Positions 52,779 to 64,000 of a stretch of DNA of 64,000 bases are shown here, one piece after another. Below the pieces are notes generated by a model, which saw only the letters and a list, made by a program, of their open reading frames with translations, was not told where the DNA came from and ran no database searches. The first letter of the stretch is position 1; every line of letters starts with the position of its first letter. The position numbers and the translations under genes were made by a program. This stretch comes from Tubulanus polymorphus (Eukaryota > Animalia > Nemertea): assembly GCF_964204645.1 (NCBI RefSeq), contig NC_134025.1, forward strand, positions 15,500,001 to 15,564,000. Reading direction: 5' to 3'.

Positions 52779-53021
52779 TTAATTGTTAAGACTACTTTTC
52801 AGCTGTCTATATTCTCTTTTGATGTCTGGAAGGGCGCGGAACCTGAACGGGTCGTGTCCGCATATCGCCAGAGGGCACTTAAACAAACAACCCCTGTTTA
52901 TGGTCTCAAAATCTGGTCTCTTCGGCCAGTCAAAATGAGAGCCCGTTCCGTGCAAAAATTTTACATCAATTTGTTCACTACCAAATTCCAAGTCACCAGC
53001 ATCACTCTCAGCATCATACAC
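52779..53021 (-). pseudogene. C-terminal fragment of a second Sola2-like transposase
   Basis: FDWPKRPDFETINRGCLFKCPLAICGHDP resembles YDWPKRPDVDIVD..LFFGPLDIMGHGP encoded at about 44545-44635. Confidence 0.6.
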
Positions 53022-54263
53022 GAGCTGCTGAACCGTTTCATCCAGCCAAATTGTTTTATCCTGGCTGTTGCCATCTTGGATTTTATGCAGATGGCAGCAA
53101 CGACTGATACTGATAGATATGCCCTTCTAGAAGAAGGGTTAAGTGATACCGTATCACATACGGTACGGGTATGCTAGCTTGCCAATTTGTACCGTATGCC
53201 ATACGGTAGTGGTATTGTAAGGGTAAAGTGTAAAAATTATTGATTTTCCGATGTGAGTGAAATCGACAGTTCACTAGATCGATGCATATGTTTATACATT
53301 ATTCTAAAACAGACTGATAGCCAATTATTTTCAGATTTACCAACATCTCAGTTCCAATAGAATTTGCAGCATTGTGATGGCAAACAGTGACGTTCGCAAC
53401 CAATGATTCGACAATGTATTTCATGATAATACCGAATGACAATCATTATAATTTAATTAAATTTGATTAGTTTTTTATATTGCTTTTAAAGAACGTCCTC
53501 AATGGGGCAATTGTATGTCAAACATCGGTGATTTTATCAAAAACAGTGCTTTGTTCAGGTTTCTGTAATGGTAATTACACTAAAATTGAAATTTAAAGAA
53601 TTTAAATAAACTAGGAATTTACCAAAATTTTTGTTGAAACTTCTTATATTAAAACTTAAAAAAGAGAGATTATCAGCCCCAAGTTTTAGTGAGGACACAA
53701 ATCTGAGTAATATTTATTATAGAAGTATTTGAAAGGATGTCAAACGGGTCCACTTACATTTATGCACAACAGGTATAAATCAATACAGTTATAACAATTT
53801 ACATTTATGCTCTTTGATTAATCTTAAGATAAATGCATTCTCATTTCAAAGGTTTACCGAAAATATTCTCACAAAACTCCATTTTAAAAGTTTGCACGAT
53901 TGTACTCTGAAGGCTATAATTATTTTCAAATAACTCAGTGTATACCATGCCTTTCTCATGAGTAAAAGTGAGCTTGCATTTATGTCTTAGTAGACATGTA
54001 AGCCACCAAGAATAAAATGATCAAAAAGCTATGAATAAAGAAAAAATTACAATTTTTGGAACTAAAATTTGTATTTCTGAGTAGTACTTACCCTTTCCTA
54101 TGGTTTTTGCCAATATTTTCTAAATTTGGATTGATCGCCAATGGTTTTTCTATACGACCCGGCCCTGCGGTATTGCATTTAGCCACAGGCGAAATCCGCC
54201 ATCTTTTTATGTCATAGCAGACCCAAAAAATGCAGCTATGTGGGGCAGGTGGGTGGGATTCCC

Positions 54264-54361
54264 ACCATAGGAAAGGGTAAGTACTACTCGGAAATACAAA
54301 TTTGAGTTCCAAAAATTGTAATATTTCCGTCAAGTACTGTACCCTTTCCTATGGTTTTTGC
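54264..54361. repeat. DIRS internal complementary region (ICR)
   Basis: First half pairs with 54044-54104, second half with 59670-59708. Confidence 0.92.
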
Positions 54362-54699
54362 TAGACTAGCCTAGCACAAGGATGGTGGGAAAGGTAGATA
54401 GAAAAACCACCGCTCAAACGCAAGGTAAGAGGGAAAAAAGAGAGCACTTACCCAAGCACGGAATGGAGCACTGTAGCACAGGGAAGACCGGTTGGCCACA
54501 GTGAGTCCGTCCAGCTCAGGGACCACCGAATTTTGCGAAATTAATACTTGCGGATATGAGCCCAAACTATGTACATGGATACACCCCCTGTGATCCTGAT
54601 AATGCAACATAAATATTCTACGCTAAAGGGTCCGATCGGATAGAACGGACACCTTGAGCCATAACAACAGGACCGAGTGAAGCTAATGAGCCTAACTGG

Positions 54700-55690
54700 C
54701 CTGAAACATCCCATAAATGAAATGACGTGAATGTCGATAGAGAATTCCAAAAGGACTTCCTCCAACGGAGCACCTGAAAAGGCTGCGCAGGAAGTAGCCA
54801 TAGACCTCACTTGATGAGAAACCACTCCCTCCGAGGAAAGATTCTCCTTCAATAAAATGTCCTTGATCAGTGAAGAGACCCATCGGGCCACTGTGTCCCG
54901 AGAAATATCACCCATTAGGTGATCCAGCAGCGGAATAAATAACCGCTCCCGCGAACCCCTCCGTGGAGCAGAGCGATCTAAATAGAAACACAACGCCCGC
55001 ACAGGACATGAGTCCTGTCTGGAAGACCCAGTTCCACTCGATGTTTTAGGGCTTCAATTCGCCATTGACGCCCAACCGAGCCTGGTCGTTGGTTGTTTGC
55101 TAAAAACTCCAAAGCAGGCCGCAGCGAAACAAATTCCTTCGCTGGCCCGAAGACAATATGACCTTGTCGGACTGAAAGCGCATGAATCTCAGAGCGACAA
55201 GCAAGCCAAGAACAGCAAAAATACAGTCTTTTTTGACAAATTTGCAAATAACGCTGCCGAAAGAGGTTCAAATGGAGCCTCCATTAACTTCTTCAAAATT
55301 ACAGACAGATCCCATGGTGGAACTATCCTTGGTACCCGAGGCCGGGAAATAGAAAACCCTGCAACCAGCTGCGATATCCGATGATCCCCTGCTACATTTG
55401 GCCATCCAGAAGCACGCAATGTATGAGAAATCGCGGAGCGGTAACCTTTAATAGTTATGACCTGCAAACCTTTTACTACAAATAGGTGCAGTAAAAAATC
55501 TGCCAATTGAGCTACAGAGGGTGAGCATGTATCAATTTCCCCTGCAGCACACCAATCCGCAAAATGAGTCCATTTGGCATCGTAAATGGTACTTGTTGAT
55601 GGCCGCTTAGATCCTGCGATAAAGGAGGCAGCCTGTTCTGAAAAGCCTGAAGCTGACAAGGATCGCTGGACAATGGCCAGGCGAGCAGAT
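54700..55690 (-). pseudogene. DIRS tyrosine recombinase, frameshifted
   Basis: RPSTSTIYDAKW..F..WC, TIKGYRSAIS, PPWDL, RSEIHALS, CPVRAL.FYL, HQVRSMATS motifs. Confidence 0.9.
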
Positions 55691-55749
55691 TTAACCACTG
55701 GCTGTTTGGATGATGCCGAAAGTTCCCCTGAGACAGAAGCGAGGGGAAA

Positions 55750-56100
55750 TTCGGAAGAATCCTGGGGTTGTCGCACAGTGAAGAGAAGTGGTAGGAACCA
55801 TTTCTGAGCCGGCCAACATGGTGCTACCAGAACTATGTTGCAATTGACTGATCTCTCTATTTGATCCAGTAAGCGCGGCAGGACTGGTGTGGGCGGGAAC
55901 GCATACGCATGCATCCCCGACCAGTCCAGAGAGAAGGCATCGACCCCCCACGCTTCCGCGTCTGGAAACGGGGACACAAACAGAGGACACCTCCGATTGA
56001 ACCGGGTGGCAAACAGATCCAGCAGCGGATTGCCAAACATGCCCCGAACCCGATCGGCTACTTCTTGGTGGAGAACCCATTCTGTCGCAATAGCCTGACC
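55750..56100 (-). pseudogene. DIRS DAM-like N6-adenine methyltransferase domain
   Basis: EWVL...LDLFATRFN...GVDAFSLDW...YAFPP motifs. Confidence 0.9.
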
Positions 56101-57150
56101 TCGACGAGACAGAGCACGGCCATCACGTTCCTTTTCCCTGCTAAATGTGCCACAGTCAGGGACACGTCCTTTGTCTGGCACCAAAGAAGAATTTTGGTCG
56201 ACAGACCTGTGAGGGTTTCTGAGTGAGTGCCCCCTTGGTTCTGAAGGTAAGCCCTCACTGTTGAATTGTCTGTGGCTAACCAAACGTGGTGGCCCTCCAC
56301 TCTCCTGTGAAAGAACTTCAGGGCCTTCCACACGGCCAGCATTTCCAGGAAATTTATGCGGTTGGTGACCATCTCCCGGCTTTGACTCGGTTCTCCAGAT
56401 GTGCCCCCCATCCTTGGTGACTGGTTTCCCTGAATACACGAACTGGAGCCTCTAACGGGGCTAGTGACACCCCGAGCCGAAGATTCGTAGTTGCCGCCCA
56501 CCACTGAAGATCCGGACTTAGATCGCTAGGAGGTACGGGAATCAAGGTCTCCCAGTTGCCCTTCGACTGAGACCAGAAGACCTTCCAATATTTTTGCAAG
56601 CGCCTGCTTCTGAGGCGGCCTAAGGGCACCACCAGACCTATGGAGCTGATGGAGCCTAGAAGCCGTGACCAGTAACGAGCTGTTCTCGGGGTTGTGGACA
56701 CTCCCGCTACAGCTTCTTGAAGTTTGGCTACTCGAGCCATAGACGGAAAGACTTTGCCGATTCGGAGATCGAAGTCCATGCCGAGATAAGTGAACTATTG
56801 GGCCGGCATCAACTGAGATTTTTCCGTTTACGCGGAACCCTAGCAGATGGACTAAGTCCAAGACTGAGGTCATTGCCTCCCGACATTCTTGAGCCAAGTT
56901 TGCGACTATTAACCCACTGTGGCTTTTGGTACCATGAATATTAGAGAAAACCAGCCGGGAGAAGTTTCGTTGCAAACTGGTTCTATCGCTCCCTTCTCGG
57001 CCAATACCTTGAGAGCCGGAGAGATTAAGGCCTCCTGACCTGGTTTTTGCCGCATGTCGGGAGGTGACCTCGTCAGGCGCCACGGTAGCCATGAGAGGCG
57101 GTAGCCACGAGAGACGACCCGGGAGGGCCAACCGTCTCCGAAAAGGTCGG
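56100..57150 (-). pseudogene. DIRS reverse transcriptase/RNase H, core deleted and frameshifted
   Basis: KGAIEPV..PGWFSLIFMVPK, LLGFRVN, DLQWW, GWGAH, INFLEMLAV, TDNSTV.AYL..QGGT, HLAGKRNV motifs; the YLDD region is missing. Confidence 0.9.
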
Positions 57151-57299
57151 ACCAGTGTGTTGCTGCCTGCTGCAGACAACCTCCCACTGGTCCCGAGAAT
57201 TCATTTCGAGTTTTTCCGAAAGGAAGAGCCCATTTTTGGAGCCTTCCCCTTGCCTCGATACGAAGCGGAACTGTTACGACTGGATGAGGCTTGACACGA

Positions 57300-59370
57300 T
57301 TGTTGAAGTTGCGCGCTAGTTCTCCAACCGGCATCCGTAGCCGCCTGAGAAAGCGCTGAAGTTTGAGTTGGTCATGTATGTGTCCGTGCCGAATCTTGCG
57401 CCGCCAGCGTCGGACCAGAACGCTTTTTCCAGGGAGTTCGGATGGTGGACTTGGTCTGGACCTCCCGAATCTTCCTCAGCTCGGCGGAAACAGGAGCGCA
57501 CCAATCGGAGAAGAGACGTGAAGACGTCCCCAATGGAGCTCTCAGCAAAGCATTGGACACCATATCCGGTAGACGAGCTTAGGAACTGGAGTCAATAACT
57601 GACTGACGGGAGGCTAACACAAGATTAGCCTGACCCCGAACCGACAACGGAATTACATGTGAAACAGACCGAGCCAAAGATTGGATAATCCGGTCCATTC
57701 CCTCCAGTTTTAGGGCAACTGACTCAGGGTCAGAGCCCGCATGAACGGCGGCGTGAGTCTCGCGAAGCTCACCCGTCAACACCTTAAGTGCCATATCCTG
57801 AAACGAACCAACCCTGGTAAGATTGTCCAGGATTGACGTCATGGCCACCAAACCAGACTTAGGCAAACGAATACCCGACTGTGCTGAAACAGTATCCGGG
57901 CTGATCAAAGTATAATCCGCATCCAGGCAGCTATCTGTGATCCACAGCAACTGGAGTTGCGTAATACGCCGAGCAAAATGCGCCTATAGGAGGATCGGTT
58001 GAACTAAAATATTTCCCAGATTTCATACCCCGTTCTGGAGGGTGAAACGAAAACGTTCCAGGGCGACATTCACCCCATAATTGCGTATCCAATCGAGCCC
58101 ATTCTCTGGAAACCGCTGACGATTCCCATAAAATGTTAAGATCGGAATCTGGAGGGCGATAAGCTTCCATCGACTCACCGACCAGAGGAGCTGCTGTGGG
58201 CTTAGTGCGAGTTGCCCCGTGTTTGACAAAAAACTCACTAATCATCGCTCTAAATGGCATGTCCCCCGCTGGTTCGGATAAAACTGAACGGGACGGAGAT
58301 ACATTGCGAGCCAGGGAAGTCCCCATCGTATGGGGCAACCCAAAATTGCTCGCGACAGGAATGACCCCAGAAGGAATTGCCGCCTCTGGGACCGGATCCT
58401 CACTACCCCAGCATCCAGGAATTCAGTGTAAGAATTCCGAACAACTGAGTGGGCTGGCGAACTTCTAACCAGACAATCAGGAATAGGCTTACCTGATGTA
58501 GAGGTTGCAGCGACTTGTTGCGACGATGATAACAAGTAAAAATTTTCTCTTCAAATACATGGAAATCCTTCTGAGTCAGGAATTTTCCTGTATCCCGACG
58601 ATCAAGCCGACTTTGGTGACGGTCCCCTCCAACGGGATCGAAACCTACTAGAAGAATCACCTTCATCGCTAACCGACGTCGACGAACGAAGAGAAGACCG
58701 ACGGCGAAACTTCCTGCAATAACGATCGAAATCCCTCTCGCGATCAAACCTTGATCTGCGAGAAGGAGACCTTGCGCGTTTATTACGCTCACGGCGTCTG
58801 GATCTAGTGGGAGAGCGAGCTCTATACCCGGAGCGACGATCAGAATCAGACGATGTACAAACCGGAAGTTTTGAAACGGATGATGCCTGGACCGGACCGG
58901 TGCCCGAACCGGTCCGACCCCGACATGCGGTGCGCGCTCAGTTCCGAACATGTAGTCTGAACCGGCCGAACCGTTGAACGACCAGAGACCGGTGAATGAC
59001 CGGAGACCGGTGCCGGTGAACCAGCGTTCCTCCCCGGTGAACGGAGTTGGGAAGCCGATCGTACCAGAACGATCGGCGACCGCTCCGCTATACGATTAGA
59101 AATAGAATTAGAGACGTCGGTTGGCACATCGGCCGAAACCGACGAATCCCTGCTATTAACTCGACGACGATCGCTTAGTTTCAGAGCCTTATCGGCCCGA
59201 AGCCAAAGGTCCTCGGACCACACCTCGCAAATCTTGCAAGGATTGCTCCTTGCACAGATTTGTCCCGATTTGCGCCTGCACGACGCACACGAATCGTCAT
59301 TGTCCCAGGCGCCGAACAAATGCCCGCATCCCTCACCGCCACGATGTTGACCCTAAGGAGGGGGCGGCAT
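57300..59370 (-). pseudogene. DIRS gag-like ORF, fragmented, with N-terminal Cys-rich finger
   Basis: CASCR...CARSNPCKICEVW at the 5' end followed by S/R/P-rich and helical segments (ORFs 58846-59319, 57931-58338, 57579-57950). Confidence 0.75.
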
Positions 59371-59877
59371 AATTATTTCTGTCACAATAACAAATTCCAT
59401 TCAATTCAATTCAATTATATTTGTAAATAAAATTACGGAAAATAGAAACCAGGGATAACCCCCAAACCGAACGGACTCACCGTTACGAGAGTGAAAACTC
59501 CGTTATACTCCTAATTCCTAGATTTTTATGGCGAAAAAATCCAACGCGTTCTAAATGCAAGAACGCCAAGTAAAAAGATGGCGAATTTTGCCGGTGGCTA
59601 AATGCAATACCGCAGGGCCGGGTCGTATAGAAAAACCATTGGCGATCAATCCAAATTTAGAAAATATTGGCAAAAACCATAGGAAAGGGTACAGTACTCG
59701 ACGGAAATAATCTGAAATTCATTATCACAATATAGTTTCAAAAGAAAACAAGAGGTTAAAAATCAACCTGATAAATATCCGAAATAAAATATTGGCACCA
59801 AATATTAACTTAAATATTGCAAGTACCACTGCATTGTCCTGCCTTTCAGTATCAAATGGTAGTTCATGATGAACTTG

Positions 59878-61824
59878 TTAATTGTTCTGTTTAGCAAGCA
59901 TCTGTAGCAGCAGTATATCCTTTGCTAGCTCTAATTCCAGCTTTCTTTCTTGTTCTTTTTTCTCCATCTCAAATCTCTCTCTGAAACTGTTATTCTTCTT
60001 GACGTACTTTTATCTCTTCTCAAAAGGACTTATGGTTTGTCTCTCTCTCAGAAATTAGCTCCAAATATCCATCAATAGCTCACTTTTTCTTTGGAGGGGA
60101 AGTTAGTTTTTCTGAAAAGGAAATGTGACAAAATATCTAACTCCTGTGTTTATATTCGACCCATAGTACCAAAAAAGAAGTGGCAGTGAGATAACATGCG
60201 CGCCACAGGGATCGAACCCAGTAGTTGTCATACACGGTAACGCTATACAGGGATCAATTTTTGAAATTTGAGGCAATATCCGGGCATCTGAGAAATTCTC
60301 AGGACCGGAATCTAGCAAAAATTAATATCAATTTGATGTGGAAGCCATGTTTGATTTATAACAAATGCATTGAAGATTCTGATTGGTGGTTGAAATCTTC
60401 AAACAAACAATTGAGAGCGGGTTCGAATCCTTGAAGCAGCAGCTATTTTTCTCGGTAGAAAGATTTTTCAATAGTCATAATTAATTTTATTCAAATATTT
60501 AAAAAAACATTTTTGGGCAGTCAACATTTTGGATCCATTGGTACTGATTAATTGAATAGTTTTGATTGACGATATGTATGCATCATGCGCGTGTCGGTCT
60601 GATCATTACTACTGTGCGCTGATCAATAGACCACGTGCACGCAGTAATGTATAGACGCTGCTCACTAGTGTGCGGTACATGTATCAATGCCATCGTACAT
60701 CGTTTCACTATTTTCTTATTCATATCATGTCAGCACATGGCCGCCTACAATACTGTACTTCAGTACGCGGTACAGTATCGATTTTCTAGACGTATGCTCA
60801 GGCTAGGGCAACGTCAAGTGAATTATTACGGAACTCGTGACCACAAGTGGCATAACCGATCAAAACCCTCTACCCCCTTTATTTTAACATCAAATCTTTA
60901 TCGATCTCAGAGACCATAAAAATTTTTTTTTAAGTCAGAATTCCGATTAAAGTCGGAAGATTGGGATCCCAGCTATAACATAAATAAAGGCCAATTTTTC
61001 CCATCAAATCATATTTGATTTTCCTAGTCACATGTAATCTAATCAAATCAGATTTGCACCACAGGATAAACTAGATGATTCCTTCAAAGCGGCCCTGGTT
61101 TTGGTTTTGACGTACAATTTTCTATGGATGAGTCCCAGTTTTGCTTAAGAGTTTTGACCATTTGGTCAGTTTTCCAAAAGCTAGGTTCAGTTGAAATGAA
61201 ATCTGGCTTGACAGGATCAATTAACCATTAAAGAAAATACAAAGTCAGTACCTGAATGGGATAATCCATCCCTCTTCCCACTATTCATGGCAGAATCCCT
61301 AATCAGCTGAGCAAATTCTCTCTCAATTTCATTATGTTTTAAATCCTTCTTAGACTGGTTTTTCTTTTTAATTGCGAGTTTGCTTTCCTTGATGATGTTT
61401 AATAGTTCTGTCAACAGTTGTTCCCTTTCTGTGAATTCTTACTCTGTACCAGATCTGAAATATTTTCAAATTATACAATTTGTATTTAATCGAGATTTAA
61501 ATGGCTATTTGATCCTCAATGTAAAATGATACTCTTACTATCTCACTTCTAATTCCAGTTATAAAATACGCTACCGTATTCTGAACTACACTACAGTAGT
61601 AAGATTACCTTCTCAGGCTTTCCTCTTTTCGATACTTTTCAGTTAGTAGTTGCACACGCTCTCGAACTGTATGCCCAGTTGTCGATACAAATTGACCAGC
61701 ATTTAGATTCTGAGACAGTATTCCATCCGGCAGAATCTTCATAAGGATTAACAGAGATCACTTCTCTAAGTAAAAATATATCCAGACTAGGATTAAATCT
61801 CACAACCTTCTTCTCTTCAGCCAT
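59878..61824 (-). pseudogene. PIF/Harbinger-associated Myb/SANT-like gene, three exons (61609-61824, 61252-61454, 59878-60111), with stops
   Basis: RFNPSLDIFLLREV..NPY...W, R|SGTE*EFTEREQLLTELL, IRDSAM and a C-terminal E/K/R coiled coil; GT-AG introns in compatible phase. Confidence 0.7.
60248..60972. mobile_element. hAT-like non-autonomous element with 5-bp TSD in an intron of the Myb-like pseudogene
   Basis: Ends cagggatc / gatcccag; ctata at 60243-60247 and 60973-60977. Confidence 0.6.
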
Positions 61825-62624
61825 CTTGATACTCGAAATAATGAATATACTTGAAATAATGAATATATCATAATCATATCAGGCCAAATTACATTCTATC
61901 ATATTAAATATCAAAGACTTAAACCTTCTATCTTGCACTTAAAAATTTCCTAAAAAGTATGTGTAGTGGCTTTCTATCATAATGCCTAAGTCTTAAATCC
62001 GGTGCAGAACATTTTTTTGGGGATTTTAGACATTGACAGTGACAGTTAAATAGGCTTATGACCATAATCAAATGAACTGGTTCCTCATGCTTAGGTCTAG
62101 GGAGTTTATATCGGTCAACCTAGTATGTCTAATCAGGTCTAAGACCTTAATCTTAACCAGAATTCCATAGCAGGCAGCCTGTATTCAAGTTTGTGCACTC
62201 ATTGCCTGCACTACCTACACTGGCCCTATAGCATTATATGCTGTAGTGCATGCTATATGTGCTGCGCGAAATTGTTAATTAATAACGAATTCTTAAGGCC
62301 ATACAGTCCTAGTAGGCCTAATCAAACAAAAATGGTTAAGAGCAATTCAACCATTTCCTCATGTTTACGTTAACTTATCCATCAATCTTTGATGACCAAA
62401 AAACCGCTAAACAAATTGCGTTTTTTACTAACGTGAAACTTTGCCTCTACACGTCGTAAATGTCCATGTGGCCCAGGTACACGGGAAGCACCGCATACAA
62501 AACCGTGACGTCACACATTTGCGTACTCGTAAAACGAGGTGTCGACACTCTCTGAAATCCTGGAGAATAGTGCAATGCCTTATTGTTGAAAAATATCTGC
62601 CCATCTTGTTTTGTATATCTTAGA

Positions 62625-62919
62625 TAAATATGCCCTTTCCTACTTTTGGGATTGATAAAAACAACTATAAGTGCCCTTTCTTGTTTTTTTCGAATTGGTT
62701 GACAAACGAATGTGCCTTTTTAAATTATCTGCCTAACCCTGTAAAAATTGTGCCCTTGTGATTGATAGGGATGACTACATGTGCCTCTTTTGCTATGGGA
62801 AATTTTTTCTTTGGAAAAATTTGAGAAAATTTTCATACGGCAAAAATATGAAAAAGGGCACTTTCACCAAAGGAGGGGTTTGTCCGAAACCCCTCGAAGA
62901 CCCCCTATGTACGGGCCAG
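62625..62919 (-). mobile_element. End fragment of a non-autonomous DNA element with gtgccctt repeats
   Basis: Repeated gtgccctt motifs and GC-rich terminus ctggcccgtacatagggggtcttcgaggggtttcggac on the minus strand. Confidence 0.45.
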
Positions 62920-64000
62920 GTTTGACTGTACACAAGTCATAGTATACAACTCAAACTGATGCAATATATAAATATATATATATATGATGAGAACGACGTT
63001 GTTTTGAAAGATTTTTGAAATTAAAAGCGCTTTCCGGGTACTTAGAGCGATCTCATGCATGGTCAAGCCCTGAATTATTACAGTGAAAATGTGCCGATGA
63101 GTGCTCACTAAAAATCATCGCAGCATATAATATTTGAAGGCATTCGCCACATACACAGTAGAAGGCCTTTATACATTACTACTGATCCCATGCACCCGCC
63201 TGTCTGCAACGGATCAATAAAAAAACATACACATACACATTGTAGTAGATAGGAAATCAGTGTTGCATATGCATTGAAATGCAAAACGCGACAAAAATCT
63301 CATTCCCGTGTTGTACACGTTTGTAAAAGCAAAGCGGTCTGCATCGTTAATATACTTACATTGTCAAATGTATATATTGGCGCAGGATGACGCAGACTTA
63401 TTCCAGACCTTGTTTGTTTTGATGCATCATCAGTCACATCAATAGTCCCATCATTTTTGCTAAGTGTGTCGCAATAAAGTTTCATCTCGTCAAATCTAAA
63501 AATAAGAGGTTCAGGGAAATCACACCCATGGAGTGAAATGATTGGCAATCAACACACAACATCAATATCACATGCACCTGTTTAACTTCAACTGAAGCCA
63601 ATGACCTTAAACTGAAAGCAATCATAACATATCAGGATCAACAACATAAATACCCGCAAAATAGACGGATATTTTTTCGTAAAAAGCGACCTCCAAAAGG
63701 CAGGTTCACTGTTCAAACCTTCTCAGGATCATCTGTTTAAAACCTTTCTTGCACGTCAGTATGAATTGATGCGTCAGTACATATGACGCGTACCAAAAGT
63801 TGAGTGCTTAATTTGTTTATTGAAAGAGGGCGCATTAGGCCCACTACTTATCTCACATGCCAGTTTTAAACCCAAAACTGTATTAATTGCACCTATGCAT
63901 AGGTGCCATCTTCAGTCTCAGACGCGAACTGACGCCAATCACGTGACCTTTAATTGAAGTCAATCACGTGACCTATTTCTTTCTCACACTCATACCGCAT

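Larger units (their letters stand above)
54044..59708 (-). mobile_element. DIRS1-type tyrosine-recombinase retrotransposon with ITRs and internal complementary region
   Basis: ITRs 54089-54209 and 59571-59691 (121 bp, three mismatches by eye); ICR 54264-54361 complementary to both outer ends; gag, RT/RNase H, DAM methyltransferase and YR remnants in the expected order; GC-rich relative to flanks. Confidence 0.96.

Noticed and set aside
55750-56100. Bacterial or phage methyltransferase by horizontal transfer or contamination
   Set aside because: It lies in the standard position of a DIRS1 element between RNase H and YR.
55586-58951. Plus-strand and alternative-frame ORFs within the DIRS element
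   Set aside because: Expected by-products of GC-rich overlapping coding sequence; no independent motifs.
63300-63548. 82-aa ORF as an upstream exon of the host gene
   Set aside because: No convincing splice boundaries or recognisable motifs.

Overview
AT-rich eukaryotic (animal) genomic DNA; the repeat types suggest a marine invertebrate, possibly a lophotrochozoan (inference). No prokaryotic operons, rRNA, tRNA or CRISPR arrays are visible, and most short ORFs in the track are noise or transposon debris. Reading splice sites by eye gives a minus-strand, phase-consistent chain of short exons (48915-48962, possibly 42739-42776, 33239-33398, 26859-27087, 11616-11941, 9169-9248) encoding part of a protein I cannot name. 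Its introns and flanks are packed with mobile DNA: a near full-length decayed CR1/L2-group LINE (about 33990-38433), two Penelope-like GIY-YIG fragments with hammerhead-like motifs, a DIRS1-type element with intact ITR/ICR architecture but a deleted RT core (54044-59708), decayed Sola2-like and Academ-like transposases, an AcademH-like element with a perfect 9-bp TSD, a Harbinger-type Myb pseudogene, many MITEs (TTAA, TA, 5-, 6- and 9-bp TSD classes), Helentron/HINE-like repeats and a 31-bp minisatellite with higher-order structure. All family assignments rest on motif recognition, not on database searches.
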